DNA of 64,000 bases, taken from Raillietiella orientalis. Taxonomy: Eukaryota. A program made the translations under genes and the position numbers. The stretch is from the NCBI GenBank assembly GCA_036172245.1, contig JAYWIR010000084.1, positions 1 to 64,000 on the forward strand. Direction: 5' to 3'. The notes below the pieces were generated by a model. It was not told the DNA's origin. It saw only the letters and a program-made list of their open reading frames with translations, and ran no database searches. This document shows positions 13,911 through 26,989 of the stretch, in pieces (within the stretch, counting starts at the first letter, position 1; every line of letters starts with the position of its first letter).

Positions 13911-14049
13911 CCATCTATTTAGAATGATCCCATGCGCTTCCTTCCATGGTGCTTTGCAATTTTGAACCAGATCCTTTTGGCTTTTCCGTTCCTTTTTCGG
14001 CAACATCGAATCATCCGGGAAGGCGGGAGGGGGCCGCGAATAAACAAAC

Positions 14050-15030
14050 AATAGGGAGTCGGGTACATAGGCCTTTGGAGTCGGCCATTCCCTCCTTCTG
14101 GAACCTGCTCTGGATGCCGGAGACCTCGGTCCTGACTTGCTCTACTGGGTGAGGCTACCTAGCAACCGTCCTCACGCAGGCAGTTTCCATGAGGATGGCG
14201 TCCTTTCGCTGCCCTTCCTTCTCAGAGACAAGGCAGACCGAATTCGGCGTGAACGGCGGCTCAGACGCGACATCTCGTCGCCATCACTGCGTCTGCTCGC
14301 GAAGAATCGCCGTAGCAGGTCACGGGCGCCAACACCCTGGTGAGGGAGCGCTGAAGCCAACCCATTCCGATGGTCGTGGAGGGCACCGCAGTCCATCAGG
14401 AGGTGCAGAAACGATTCTATAGACCCGCACCTGGGACTGTCCGGTGATGCTGTTCCCATGGAAACGATGTGCAGGCACCGACCGCACTGGATCCAAAAAC
14501 GATTCCAAAAAGAAAAAGCTGCATCCCGCGATTCCAGCCTATGGGGAACACCCAGATGTTCCGACACGAGAGGAGAGGAACGGGTTCTTCGCGAGCAGAG
14601 CAAAGTCTGCTCCGATGGAGCAGTCCTTTGTCTCGGGTCCGCAGAGTGGCCAACTCCACCAGCTCGCGGGTCTTCCAGCCGCCCTGGACTTTGATGTCTA
14701 CTGCGAAGGCGCAAAGCTCCCATTCCGCTGGTTGGCAACCGTGGCTGCTTGTCCCAGGGAGAACAGCTCCGCGGCGAGAGGTACAACGGCTAAGGTTTGA
14801 TCGCTTCTCCGGATGCTGCATCACTGCTTTCAGAAAACGGCTCGGGAGAAGTCGACCGCAGAAGAAACCGAGTTGTTCACGAGTGGGGGAGTGCCGGAGA
14901 AGCTGCTTTGGGGCTGCCTCCAGTGCGGAGCCCTGATATGTCTCTAAAAGCTCCGAAGAGGACCACGTGGAAGCAGTCCTTTTGCGCAGTTGCTGCCGCG
15001 TCAGCCGTCTGACCCGTCTACCCGCTAGCT
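14050..15030 (-). mobile_element. L1/Tx1 ORF2 3' fragment (post-RT region, zf-RVT)
   Basis: SPRCGSIESFLHLLMDCGAL...DLLRRFF zf-RVT region. Confidence 0.75.
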
Positions 15031-15049
15031 GAGAAGTTCTTGCTGTGCG

Positions 15050-16250
15050 GCACCAAAACTTCCAGTTTGCCAGTTGGCTGTTGCTTCCACCCTTTCTCGT
15101 GGAATTCTTCAAGATGGGTGCCATCCCGGTAGGCGACCGCGCTATGAATTCAGGAAGGAGCTTGGAGACGGTTCTACTCACGTTTGGGAGGGAGATCTCC
15201 AAAAATGGAGATCACCTTCAACCTGGTTGTCTCCGAAGGGCAATCGAGAAGAGAATCTCCTTCCTTATTCTTTCCAGAGGTACCCCCAGGAGGTCTGCTC
15301 CCTTTTTTCCTCTCCGAAGGGAACCCAGAAAGGACCTGCTGATCAGGAATTTCTTCTCCGGAAGGAACTCACAGGGGAGTCGCTCCTGTCTTCTCCTTTG
15401 GAGAGAACCCCAAAGAAACGCTTCCGAAATTCAGAAGAGTGCTGCTTTCTCCAAAGGGAGCGGCTTGCTTTGCTCCCTGCCTTCAGTTTGGGAAGAGGAA
15501 GCAGTCCTCGGGCAACTAGTCAGTCAGAGTGCTTTTCGCGCTCCTTCTCAGGGTGACTTGTTTTTCAATGGCAGCATTGCGGGGACCCATTGCGACCCTT
15601 GATGAAATAACCAATTTGGCCACACTTGAAACATCTTGCCTTCGAACAGGCGTACACTCGATGTCCAAACTCCTTACAGCCTGTGCAAAAGGTGGGCTGC
15701 AGGCGGTATCGTAACTTTATATCCTGCGAGTGCTCATCTATGGCTCTTACATCTGGTACTTTCACATCAGCAAAAAGCTTGATGCGTACTCTTCCTTTTC
15801 TCGCGAAGATGTCCTACATATGACTGCTGAATGCAACCTGTTGAACCTCTCCGCACTGGGAGAAAAACTCCCACATTCTTCTCTGTGGTACAGCAGTGTA
15901 TCTCGGACAGACGAACCGCCGTAGTGGCTAACTCTCCAAAGCCCCGCAATCATCTCCCGTTTAGGAGGATTCCCTGCTCAATGAGTGCCTTCTGCAACTC
16001 CTCGTCCGCGGTATAGGCCGTGAACCTCACTGCTGAAGAGACAATCGCCTTGATTTTTTTAAAATCAACCTTTTGCTTGTGAAAGGAGACATACATGTCC
16101 CGTTCGACATACACGTTGGCCGCAAGTAGCATCCCGGTAATTTGTTTGACCTCGGGGTCAAGCTTCCATACCGGCTCATCTTCCCGCTATATTTCAAATA
16201 CCGCGTACCTGGTTACCGCTTCTTTTCCAGGAACTCGGACTGCGGCTACC
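15050..16250 (-). mobile_element. L1/Tx1 ORF1 (gag-like, CCHC zinc knuckles), degenerate
   Basis: DEELQKAL...IKLRYRLQPTFCTGCKEFGHRVYAC..RCFKCGQIGY (tandem CX2CX4HX4C), followed by a basic low-complexity tail; frameshifted. Confidence 0.8.
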
Positions 16251-16299
16251 ACAACCTCATAGGATAGCGGCTGCGGCATCACTGCTGCCAGTCCTCACA

Positions 16300-17220
16300 G
16301 TAAATTCACAATTTATGGTGGGAAGTGTGGTTCCATTACGCTCAGATAAAGAAGGACCTATTGGATTGCCTGCAGGCAGATTAGAAGGGTTAACTTCAGT
16401 TACGGAGGGAAGAGAAGAAACAAAAAATGAAATAAAAGTAAAAAAAAAACGGAAGGCCGGGAAGAGATTATTGCCTGTCAGAGGAAGTCGCCTGCATCCT
16501 TTCAAAGATGCCGCATAGGTCGGTCCTGATGGCATCCAAGTGGGGCGATCTGGTTGCTGTCGTTAGAAAGCAAACTGAGGGCTAAATGGAGTCCTTCTCG
16601 TACGGTGCCCCTGAAGCGTCGGTCCAAACCGCCTCGATCCACCAGATGCGGCAGAGGGCTGCCTGGACTGCAGCTGGCGGAAGGGCGTCCCGCACGGAGA
16701 GTAGCTTGAAAACGCCCATGGGGCTGCCGGCCGGGCTCCGCAGAGTCGTGCCAAAACGTTTCCACAGGGGTTGGAAGACGACCCAAGTAGGTGCGGGAGG
16801 GATTCCCCTTCTCCGCACTTGCGACAGTCTGGTCTCGCACTCCCCAGTGTCCAGAGATGTCAGCGAAAGTTTCAGGGAAGACCCCAGTGCAACAGCAGAA
16901 GCAGCAAAGGTGCCGCCTGCTGCCACTTCAGGAGAGGGCGTTGATTGATTACGAACTCTGGGAGCCGCTTGAGGTCTTTGTTGGGAGTACCGAGCCGCTC
17001 GCCCTAATACACAAGTTCCACGTGAAAGGGCACTCGGGATTGCAGCATCCGTCAGCTGCACGAGGGTCCAACCACTCATTCCTTTTCTCTTGCCTGCGAT
17101 CTCGCAGGAGGCTTCCCACTCCACTGGATGGCTGCCGCCATCAGCCCAGCTTAGGAATCCGCCTAACGAAGGAGTCCTTTGGAGTCGGCAGTGGGAGTGA
17201 AAGCGTCAGCTAGCTGACGA
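16300..17220 (-). mobile_element. L1/Tx1 3' fragment
   Basis: SQVRRRGIPPAP is an alternative frame of CRKCGEGESLPHL; RDALPPAAVQAALC; T-rich UTR at 16410-16470. Confidence 0.75.
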
Positions 17221-17541
17221 GCCGTCCTGCAACCTGAAATTTTTTTCTGCGATTTCTCAGGGCACCTGTCAATTTGCCATCTGCTCACTGTCTTAATTTC
17301 CAGTAAAGATGTTAGTGCCGTAGCAGGTGGTGTCCTTTGTGCGGTCAAATGGTTCTCCCAGGGCGTTCCAAACTCTCTCTTCAACGGGGAGCGAGCGTGA
17401 ATGGAGTGTCGAAGATGTCACGTTTCCTCCTAGCTCGTGCTGTTGCTCTTCACTCACCTTTGAACTGCATCTTGTTCCAAGGGACTACGGTTTGTGGACA
17501 AGAAGGAGATCCATATGTGTTCCTGCTCTAGGGCAATCATC

Positions 17542-17794
17542 TGTCGAAGGTGGTGCCCGCATCGGGGCAGTCTTTGGCCAGAGAATGCTGGATCCCGCAC
17601 TGATAAGTGCCAGGGCGTATTCTCTTCAAGCAAGCGGCCGTCTCAGAGGGACTTTTGTCCTTCCTGATCTACAGCCGCCGAAGACTGCACCGATGCGGGC
17701 ACCACCTTCGACAAAAGTCCCTCTGAGACGGCCGCTTGCTTGAAGAGAATACGCCCTGGCACTCATCAGTGCGGGATCCAGCATTCTCTGGCCA
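17542..17794. repeat. Permuted inverted duplication A-B-spacer-A'-B'
   Basis: A (17542-17574) is the reverse complement of 17681-17713 with 1 mismatch. B (17575-17659) is the reverse complement of 17710-17794 with 1 mismatch. Confidence 0.95.
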
Positions 17795-20049
17795 GTTTCG
17801 GTCTGCAACTGGCGTCTGCACTTAAAAACTGCAACTAAAGTGCCACTGCAAGGTGGATGGACTGCAAAATGTGGGGAGGCACACTCGCAAAGCTTTCTAA
17901 CCCCTGCATGCAGCACTGATTTCGAAGATCAGGAGCGACTTGCTGCGTAGCATTGGACACTCCATGGAACATCTTAAGGACTCACTCTTAAAAACACTCA
18001 GGTGCCCCAGATTTCGGATGTCTCCTCTGTCCATCAAGAAACACAGGTCCTTTTGAGCTGCAGAGCGCCGTCCGTTTCTGTTCGATATGCTCTGGATGAA
18101 GAGGAGAACACTATCCAAGGACACCCTCATGATGGAGTCGATGCTGCTGCATCACCTTGTCTTGCACATGGCCAACAAGAGACCCGTACTCGACAGGAAG
18201 GAAATGGAATTCTCTTAATGACGAACCTTCAAGGCAACCTTCTTTCAGAGAGAAAGAAGAAAGATGTCCAAGAAACCGTCTCGTTATTCTCCCATGGCAG
18301 CTTCTGTCAGAGACTGGAATCGGGCTGAAACCAAAAAAGTTGCTCATCATTTTTCCAATTCGGAGACAAGGGACTGGGAATGGATTTGCGCGTTGCTCGT
18401 CTCCACCTGTTACCATGCTCTGGTTGCGCCAAAGGAGGGTGGATTTTCATCCGCTAGACAAAAAACCCTCAAACACGAAGAGGTTACCGGAGAGTTAAGC
18501 CAGCATTCAAGCAGGGGCTGCAAGAGTCAAGATCTTCCCAGAAATGCACGCATGAAAGTCTGCTTGCAGAACGGCAGCGTCCCATTCCGCCTTCCCGGTC
18601 TTCAAAGTTCTCTATGCGTTTATGACTGTTTGCCTTTTCCATCAACCACGGACCTTCAATTGCAGCGAGATAGCATCAGATTCATGCTCTCTGCGAGCGT
18701 ACACGTGCAAAAAGACAAGGCTGGACATCCTCTTGCAGAAGCGCATCCAAGGAGCACAGGAAAACAAAATTCTCCCTCAGATTTCCCGCTTCGCTATCTT
18801 CTCGGTCTTTCCAGAGAACGATTGAGAAATGTTGAGTTGTTCTGGAAAGAACCAGGCCAGGGTCGGAAGACTTTACAGGGGACCGTTCCCGCGTTGCATT
18901 TTGGCGAAGAGGAGTCTGCCTGCTTGTGGACGCGAAGCGAACTCATGCGTGGTGAGCAGACGGAAAGTGACGTGGCAGGACCGTGTGAGTATGCGGTGAG
19001 TGATGGACGCAAGCAAATTATTTATCGTTGCTTGAGAGACCGAGGTCGTGGCGAGGAAAAGAGATCGATCTCTTTCGTGTCCATGCTTTCTCCCTCCGGA
19101 GAGGTGATAAGCCGTTGGCACGATGATCCTCCACGTCGCTCCGGTCTCTTCCTATGCAACTGAGGCAGTAATCATGGAAGAATCTGTGGGAGTTCTCGAC
19201 GAGCAAAGTGCCCTTGCAGGCTCTGTGCATGCTCACTGCTGCTGAAGCGTAGATAGTCCACAGACTCTGCTCTCCTAAAGCGGTACTTCGCTTGGTGGGC
19301 GGTTGCAAGGAAGTGAGTGCAGCGACGAGAGTGACCGTTGGCAGGATCTTCTCAGGAATGAGAGGAAATCTCAGGAATCGAACTGTTTCAAACTCTCGCG
19401 GAAAACTGAGAACTAGGGAGATCGTTGAGTTGACAACCTTGGTCTCTTCTGTTCTTGAGGATCGTTCACCATATCGGAGATTGCGAAGACGAGAAACGCC
19501 TGTGGTGGGTGCCGTCGCAAAAATCAGGGTTTTCTTCAAGGAATTGGTTCTGTATGGGATAAGAATGGATAATAGCTATTGAGGAAGCATCACCTTGATC
19601 TGCCGTTCTCAGCAACAAGTTTGGGTATAGCCGGCGGTGCTTCCAGGAATCGTTGGAGATGCATGTTGCTGCTTGGGACGGAAGAATCTTTTGCAACCTT
19701 TTCATGTAAACGTCCTTCCATTCTGAGACTTGGAATTGGGATCGTGCCCTCTTTACACTTGATATCCGACTGCGAGCAGTTCTCTCCAGAAGACCGAGAT
19801 GATGACGCAACGACCCGGGAGCGCAGTGAATGTTCCATGAAGAATGTCGCCGCCGCGCTTGCTACGACTTCGTCGTCGCCGATGCCTTTGGGAATGTACC
19901 CGTGGGCATCTTCTCATGAAAGCTCAGCACCATGCTGATCACACATCTTTCACCATGTGCCACGATGCGCGACCAGACCGCTCACCATCTTGCTGTCGAT
20001 TTCAGATATGGCGGCTGACCGAGATTCCAGATCCACCATGAACCTTTTC

Positions 20050-20360
20050 TTCTTTTGAAAAGAAGCAGAGATGTCCAGCCTTGTCGGAGCATCGAAAACT
20101 GGGCGGGTGCCGAGTGCGTATCTTCGGAATGCAACACGAAGAAGCACTTCCACGGACGTGCACCTCTCACTCCGACAGGCATGCGGGAATGTCCACCAAG
20201 TGACGACAGTGCGCGAACTTCCGCGATTGCACAAGACGATGGAATTCGATAGATTGATGGTTAAAGACGGGACGGAGATCAAGCTGGCGTTCCACAATGA
20301 GTGTGGACGTACCCGTTGCAGGATTCATGGGTACGACCCTGGATCTCTTCACACTGTGTC
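20050..20360 (+). mobile_element. Possible L1/Tx1 ORF1 remnant
   Basis: TPTGMR...RELPRL...DGTEIKLAF....RCRIHG resembles the ORF1 segment preceding the zinc knuckle. Confidence 0.4.
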
Positions 20361-20784
20361 GTAAGCTGACTACAGAGTCTCCCTGAAGAAACAGATTTTC
20401 TGGAAGTTTCGGCCCTGGAAGCCATTTTATTTGCACATGAAAGCGACGACATTTGATTCAGCACCAAAATAGCAAGTTGTGGTTTCCGTAGAAACGCTAT
20501 TTCTTCGTTACAAATTTCAAAAGCTGTCCTTTAGACTTTCTATTGATTATCTTCGTCTCCACAGCAATAGATCAGCATTAGGAAAGAATTCTACATTTAT
20601 TCTTTTCTACCTCTTACTGTAGACTTCTGCTGTCCTGAATTCCCTCAAAGCTGAGACGAGGTACAGAAAGATAGGATCCATTAGAATTTCCTCCTGCAGC
20701 ATTGCTTTCTCTTCCAGACCTTTCTTATCTTCGCAAGCTTGAGGGAAAAGAAAACAATCTTCTCTCAGATTCTCTATACTGATC

Positions 20785-21795
20785 ATGGACCTCCCGCCAT
20801 CCAACCAGCCTGAAGCATCTCGCGTTATCTCCCTGTTCCCACCTGGAGGTTACCGCTTCCGTTCGCAATTGCAACAAGATCGTTTTCGTGCTCTGGAATC
20901 CTTATTCCGAACCACTGGCCGAATAAGGCGTAACTTGCTTCTCCTGAACCTTTTTCCGCAAATCGATTCTTCGACTCGTCTCAATGGGGACTCGGACACT
21001 ATTGAAGTCTTAGGCACAGAGCTGTTCTTTGACATAGACAGGGAAACATTACTGCGTACTTTACTCGGACAACAGCCTGGTCCACCTCAAGCATCAGCAG
21101 CTATCCAACGGCAAAACTTATCGCCTTTTCGACTGAGACCCCCAGCCACTGAACCACCACTGCTTTCACTGCCACCACTGCCACCAATTCCACCACGTAT
21201 GCAGCGTTACCGTCGTCCCAGAAGGAGGCATGTCTTGCCAATCAGCCCGGAGAATCCAACTGTTCAATTCCCAACTCCCAGCGTTGGCTCCTTTGGGGCT
21301 GCCACGTCGCATCGCCCCGAAAACCAAGAATCCATATTCAGTGCGCCAAGAGGTCGGCATCCAAATTATAGAAGTACACCATCACCGTTCTTTCACCCTG
21401 ATTCTCCCATGCCAGGACTTTTTCGAAGAGAGAGAACCCCTTCCAATGTCTTGCCAATCAGCCCGGAGAATCCAACTGTTGAATTCCCAACTCCCAGCGT
21501 TGGCTCCTTTGGGGCTGCCACATCGCATCGCCCCGACAACCAAGAATCCATATTCAGTGCTCCAAGAGGTCGGCATCCAAATTATAGAAGTACATCATCA
21601 CCGTTCTTTCACCCTGATTCTCCCATGCCAGGACTTTTTCGAAGAGAGAGAACCCCTTCCAATGGTTCGCAATTTGACATCCGTCTACCTCGTACGTCAT
21701 TCATCCGCCGTCGCCCCAGCATATCAGAGAACAATTCGGGCACAAGAGGAGCTTCACCACCACGCTTGTTACCTCCCGACGAGCCTCATTTCTAA
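20785..21795 (+). CDS. 336-aa Pro/Arg/Ser-rich ORF of unknown function with an internal 72-aa duplication
   Basis: Open from ATG to TAA; no recognisable domain. Length is partly explained by the in-frame 216-bp duplication. Confidence 0.35.
   Translation: MDLPPSNQPEASRVISLFPPGGYRFRSQLQQDRFRALESLFRTTGRIRRNLLLLNLFPQIDSSTRLNGDSDTIEVLGTELFFDIDRETLLRTLLGQQPGPPQASAAIQRQNLSPFRLRPPATEPPLLSLPPLPPIPPRMQRYRRPRRRHVLPISPENPTVQFPTPSVGSFGAATSHRPENQESIFSAPRGRHPNYRSTPSPFFHPDSPMPGLFRRERTPSNVLPISPENPTVEFPTPSVGSFGAATSHRPDNQESIFSAPRGRHPNYRSTSSPFFHPDSPMPGLFRRERTPSNGSQFDIRLPRTSFIRRRPSISENNSGTRGASPPRLLPPDEPHF
21230..21664 (+). repeat. Tandem duplication, 2 x 216 bp
   Basis: Units start at 21230 and 21446; 5 substitutions counted; ATG microhomology at the junctions. 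Confidence 0.95.
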
Positions 21796-23639
21796 GATCC
21801 CACTTTGCACTCCTCGTAGCTCTTTTCCTCCCAGTTGTCATCTATCAACCCGCGTCATGACAATAGCACATTCCACAATTCACTTCCCCATCCCAACTTC
21901 GTCCTCCTTGCGCATCCCCTCTCCTGCCCAAACACCACCACATCAACCACTACTTCGAGCAGTTCCTCTAAGCACCCGACGAAACGGATCAACTCACCAA
22001 TGCAACACCCTAGCAGCACAGAGAGCAGCAAGGCGATGATGCGGCGGCAGGAGCGCTACAAGAAAAAGGCGGCCCAGCCTGCCCAATCTCACCCTCATCC
22101 CTGAAGACGTCGTTGGAGATCTCTGACAACATAGCTACGCCTTCAGGGAACAAGCAGAGGCTGTTCCGTTGCCGCCGGGAACGTAAACCAAAGTCGACGC
22201 AGAGTGACCTACATTGGACCCATCAAGAAGCCAAGCCAGAAGAAACTCATCCGAACCGGCCGATGAGCACGCCTGCTGCTGGAGGCTGTCTGACGTCACA
22301 GGAGTTGTCTTCCTGCCGCCACTGCCAAAGAGGTGGAACCGGAATCAGAGACTTCGTGAGCAGCTAGGAGAAAGTGCGAACACTGCAGGAAAGCATGGAG
22401 CTACCAAGAAAGCGTTTTAGCTGTCAAGTGCGAAAGGACAGCGATTCATCCGTCAGCCCATCAGCGAGTCGTTGGAGATTCCTAATGAGTGTATCGGAGA
22501 AAACATGGCGCTGCACCAACTGCAGCAGCCTCCAGTTGTGAGATTATTAATTTACACCGTTGCATATGATATTTGAGCTCACGTATTATACGATGTCTCC
22601 GCCTCCTAAAGAGCAACTGATGAGCCTCCTAGGGATCCTGAATATTACAACTATTGGAAAATAACCAAGGATACACCAGGTTGATCGGGAGAAGACGCCG
22701 TATGTAAAGCGGAATGCAAGCTTCCCTAACCGCTACTGGCTCCGTCGATCTCGATCAGAAAGAATATTTCGGGATGCCAACTCTAGGGCTTTTCTGGCAG
22801 TGGGTGCCCCTTGCAGCGCATGCAGTTCCGGTGACAGATGCTGACACCGGGAGTCTCGAGCCTGCAGCTCGCGAAGCACTGCACATGCAAGTCGGCACCG
22901 AAAAGTGTCCTGCTGGAACTTTCAGGGACTGCCCTGAGTGCAAGCCGCAAAGCACGGGGCGCATGCGCACAGGGTTAAATTTCTGGAATGCGCGCAATTG
23001 CCTGCCGGGATTCCCTTCCAGCTAGTGTTGGAAGCCACTGCATTACAACCAGTGAGCTAAAGGACGAACCTCGAGTTTGCACCCGAAGGGAGGATCCTTT
23101 CAGCCAAAAAAGGAGGCGATGGCTGGTTTCGCAGCCTGAGACTGCGCACAGCTAGCCAATGCTGGACCACTCGTCTCGCGCATGCCGCCCTTACCAAAGG
23201 TTGTTTTAGGATTCTGGCACAAAGTCACTTGCAAATAGCGGAGAGATGCAGAAGGAGACACGGCGCAGGGGGGGAATCCATTCGATGATTGGGTTGCACT
23301 TGGGAAATGGGAATGACCTTTCCCCCTGATAGCAGGATGGCAACTGGCCCGTCTTACACTCACAAAAAGGGGTTATGAAGTATTTCCGAGAAGAAATGAA
23401 GTGTAATGGGGCCCAAAGTGCCATCTGCATAAAAAATGTCGTTAGAGCGTCCATTCGCTGGAGATGAAACAAAGCATGGCAGAAGCCGCGCAACTGCCTG
23501 TCTCCCATTAAAAGCAAAAGAGACCGAAACCAACATCCTGATGCGTGTGAGGTCGCAAGTCCTGGGTCCGGCTGCAGTGAGCAGCTTCTTGCCTCTCTGA
23601 AGCTACAAGAAGCACAGTACCACAATTCATCGATTCAAC

Positions 23640-25600
23640 ATTCAGGTGTTCCCTCCATTCAGCTTACAGATATACTCTCGGATCATTGATGTACCGCTCC
23701 ATGCGAGAAATATACTAGACGCTAAGTAATCATTAGCCATCATCACCCTCACACACCTAACTACACCCATTTCATTAGCAACTAACCTTCCACCCATGGT
23801 CTCATTATATGACGCATGGAAGAAAGAGGCATGATTCCCGATAAATTCCCATTTTCCTCTGAGCACAACAGCCACCAACCTAGCTGTAAGTAAGAACACG
23901 CTTTCTACAGTTTCATATTTGCTGGTTCCTAAAGAAACGCAACAACTGCTAACATTTTGAGCTCAACGTCACCCTAAACAGAATCCTTGATGCTGACACC
24001 ACAAGAGCTTTCTGAATAGGAATTCCGTACATCTGTAGGGTCACCGAGAAATCATCCAATTGAATCCACCCCATTCTCATGTTTCACTTGCTTTTGATTT
24101 TTTTCACCTCCAACATTATTTCGTCTGCGTCAGAAATTACACGAATCAGACAAACATGGACCCTGGAAGTGTGTACACACAAGCGCGGAGACTTTTGGGA
24201 TGAAACGCGCCTTTCTGTAACCCCGTCTTATCAGCATCGAAAGAACGGAAGCATCCCTTCACAATCCACAAGAGATTTTAAAATGTGTACATTGCGCAGA
24301 AGACCACCTTCACTCCTCCAGACAAGAAACCGACGTCCACCTCAATCTTTCAATGTAATGCAGCCGAAGATAGCACTGCAGCCGCTGGCAACGATCAATT
24401 TCTCTCTCTATCAATCATTCAAACGCACTGCAAATACTGCTCATTGATCAAACACATAGGCGTCCACAAGAAGGCCACACCCCATCATACCAACACTTCC
24501 AGCATTGTCTGTCATGTACAAATACCGTGATCGTGAACCAGTGCAAACACCGTGAACCAGTGTATCCAATAACAAGACTCTCTCGACTGTTATCGCTGTC
24601 ACAACCTCGCTGACCACTACGATCAAACACATTCCCGTACCCTCTTTATAATTCATGGGCACTGACATACAGATATTCCGGTCATTATTTTCAAAGACAC
24701 ATAACCACAACAGGAAAAACACTGTCCCAATCCCGAGTGTGTTTCTTTTCACTTTCAGTGGACGTTCTTGAATATGTCCTTCTTGCGTACCAAGCATCGG
24801 CTGCGCCACACAAAACACAGACATCACTCCCATCTCCAGGATTATTTTACTCTTGAAGACCGGAACCTCAGATAGCCGACTCGCTATCGTAGATACCTCC
24901 TCAATATGAACATAGGTCGTGTCCACTTCCCGAGCATCATTGCAAGAGCCCCCTTGCTGCGGTAGTACACGAATCCCGTAATATCCCTATCCATTGCGTT
25001 GCTCCTCACCGAAGCCTTATTACAGAGCCACGATCATCGAGAACGTCCCCATTTCAAGGATCCGCTTCCCTTCTCTTATCTAAATACTATATGATTCTTA
25101 TGTTTCACTGAAAACACCATCATCGTGACCAAATTCCTAACACTACTCAAAGAAAAAGTGCATCCTGTTCCACGTTCACTGTGGTCTGTGCCAGCAGATC
25201 TTCAGCCCTATCGACTGAATGTCGCCTCATGCTGGAACCAACTCCCGATCATACTCAGAATGCTCCCTGAGTCCCTTGCAGCCAAGGACCCATTCTGATT
25301 ACGATCTTTGCGACCAGCAATTCACATTCTGAATACCTTCCTCTCCGCACACCTTCCGTTTTCTACCCACGATACATCCCCCTGCATAATCGAGTTATGC
25401 CACTATCTCTTGTGGTTTCTCTGGTATCCTCATCCGTCTATCATAGGGCTTGAGCGTACCCACCACCGTGCTTAGGAACTCTCTTTGCATCCCAAGAGGA
25501 TGCCGCTGTTCATCTCCTTTATATTGGAGGCGTTCCCATAGTCTTTCCTTCATCACATCTTCAACTTCCAGCCATCTGTCCATACTCAGTCCTCAAGCTC
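23640..25600 (-). other. Degenerate, strand-skewed coding-like tract, possibly viral (toti-like capsid?)
   Basis: Minus strand is G-rich and C-poor, with several ORF pieces (MDRWLEVEDVMKERLWERLQY; KWEFIGNHASFFHASYNETM). No diagnostic motif recognised. Confidence 0.25.
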
Positions 25601-25619
25601 TATTCGATATTCCTTTATT

Positions 25620-26660
25620 GATTCTTTCTTCCTACTCACCTGCTTCATCCACGTCCAAGCCTCTCTATCCACAGATGTACAAGTTGCTTGCCAATTTATC
25701 AGCGCATCGATTGAGACAAGTGGCCAAATCGGTAATCGATCCGCAACAGACATGCGCGGTTCCTGGACGAACCATGGCGGTCTACCTGTTCTTCGCAAGC
25801 ACATCATGGCAGTTGCAACCGCGGAATGTACCGAAGGGTCACGAGAATCCTGAAATCTTTCTTGACTACGAAGGGGAAGGCCACCAAAGTACGTCTGATC
25901 TCCTGAGGTCTCAGTCGATCAGCGGAAGCTTTAGACTGCATAGACCAGCAGCTGCTTCTGGGAATCCGGAAGCGCATGGACTTTCCACTAGCCTCAACAG
26001 TCTACCTGTGCTCCTGCTGGCGAGATGCCATGATTAACCTCCCTTTCATCTTTCAGAATGCGTACGGCGTGCCGGAGTAGCGTGGCATGAGTCAGGCAGA
26101 CAGTCTGTGGCCCCTGCTCTTTGGCGCCTATTTGGAATTGGTGCTAAGAGAGTACAGGAATACTCTGACTCTCCAGCCACGCGTGTGTCTCGATGCATCT
26201 GCCGTTTTAGCATGCACAGACGAGCATCTGCTGCTCACCCCGGCATGCGCACCCGACGTCTTCTTGTTGCCCAGCCGCGGGACGGGTCTGCTGGTGAACA
26301 GGTACAAGTCGTCCGTGGTTCCTGCTGGTACCAAATGGAAAGGGCAGCCAGAATGGATCTCCCCGGGGATCCTCACGAGCCGGAGCTCAAAGTACCGGGT
26401 GTTCGGGGATGCTGATCGCCCACCACATCGTCGGATCAGGTGTTCAATGAAGGAAGTTATGCTCCACACACCTCTCCATTCCAAGCTCGCTGGAGAACAA
26501 GTTATTCTCCCTCTCGCATCCGTTCGACAGGTATCTGCTCTCGTGGGATAACAGGTGGGCTTTCAAGTCCATTGCAGCCAGATGCGCCACCGTGGCTACG
26601 GAGATCGCGATCCGTTCGCCTTGCAGCACGCCGAAAGCGTTCATTTTTTTCGGTGCTCAA
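25620..26660 (+). mobile_element. L1/Tx1 reverse transcriptase fragment
   Basis: YKLLANLSAHRLRQVAKSVIDPQQTCAVPGR; SQADSLWPLLF (QG.SLSP); LACTDE (decayed YADD); KYRV. Confidence 0.8.
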
Positions 26661-26989
26661 ACAGAAGCTCGGCAAGTAGACGTTTCCCACCACGAGATCG
26701 AAGGAGACCGACCACTTGAGAACAAGCTGGCTGATTCCTCTTCCTCGTCAAACAGGAAGCTACGCACACTTCCCGTTATCCTGCGAAGCACGAGGAACTC
26801 GCACGTTCACGCGGAGCCTCGCTGCCGGTACAGAGTCCCGCGTGAGCTCTGCTCGAGCTCTGCAACCTTAAAGGATGGACGTGTCTTTGCGACTCTCAGA
26901 GGTTGCAGGTCGAGCTTGTTTGTGCTTGCGTTTTCTCTCACACTTGTGTGTTTCTGTGTGGAATCAGCCACGTTTCAATTTGAAACATG

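Noticed and set aside
18264..19163. 299-aa plus-strand ORF as a real gene
   Set aside because: No domain or convincing composition; likely a chance or antisense ORF.
21230..22039. 269-aa alternative-frame ORF
   Set aside because: Overlaps the 336-aa ORF; its length arises from the 216-bp duplication.
22617..22645. CTGATGAG as a hammerhead ribozyme core
   Set aside because: No properly placed stem II followed by GAAA, and no closing stems.
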